DNA from: Camelus dromedarius
Lineage: Eukaryota
Reading direction: 5' to 3'
Length of the DNA: 64,000 bases
Assembly: GCF_036321535.1 (NCBI RefSeq)
Contig: NC_087437.1
Location: 13,332,001 to 13,396,000, forward strand
Shown: piece after piece, positions 63,640-64,000 of the stretch
Numbering within the stretch: the stretch's first letter is position 1
How the letters are laid out: each line of letters opens with the position of its first letter
Program-made: the position numbers and the translations under genes
Notes under the pieces: model-generated
Databases searched by the model: none
Told to the model about the DNA's origin: nothing
The model's input: only the letters and a program-made list of their open reading frames with translations

Positions 63640-64000
63640 AGATGGAGGAGGAGTTCCGAACATTTCGACTGTGTGCTCATCTGTGTCTAACTCCTTATAA
63701 CCGTATAATCATGTCACTCCCTCCTAAAAACTTTCAAGTGACTCCTGGTTGCATCTCAGAGGATTACATCCTTATTACGGGTTAATAGGTCCTTCATCAC
63801 CCGGTCCCACCTGTCTCTCCATCTGACGTTTTCCTTGGCACACCTACGCCCCGATGTGTTAGAGCTGGTGTGTTAGTACTGGCTAGTACTGACGAGGGTT
63901 CACGTGTCTTCTCTCAACTCTGCGCTCAGTGATATCATATTGTAGCTTGAAATCTGGTATGGTAGCGGCATTTACACCACAGAAACTGACAGACGTTATA
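63640..64000 (+). mobile_element. LINE-2 fragment (a MIR fragment lies at ~63215-63330)
   Basis: atcatgtcactccctcctaaaaactttcaagtgactcctggttgcatctcag. Confidence 0.65.

Overview
This is eutherian mammal genomic DNA, most likely camelid (alpaca/llama/camel), judged from two tRNA-derived camelid-type SINEs and the young L1 3' UTRs. Bases ~1-53,600 contain no recognisable host gene. They are packed with old repeats (MIR, L2, L1M, MLT1, LTR16/LTR33, MER5/MER20/MER58A, Charlie- and Tigger-type) and younger ERV1-class LTRs. A CpG island at ~53.7-56.4 kb holds a promoter and a + strand first exon ending at a strong splice donor (AAG|GTAAGG, 54386/54387). The rest of the window is the start of a long first intron. 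I cannot name the gene reliably. No host protein-coding exon is supported apart from a possible 11-codon start or uORF in exon 1. The most unusual feature is an ERV1 3' LTR (19766-20326, - strand) still joined to ~0.9 kb of internal sequence. That sequence carries a splice acceptor, a Kozak ATG and a decayed ~270-codon, frameshift-free reading frame for a Cys-rich membrane-anchored protein that lacks classical Env motifs. Also notable are three STAT/GAS sites apparently created by local inversion and duplication (27346-27425), a perfect 39-bp palindrome ~2.4 kb upstream of the promoter, and five LTRs stacked in 2.4 kb. Repeat family names come from my recall of consensus sequences and were not computed; boundaries are approximate unless a TSD or TG..CA end is quoted.
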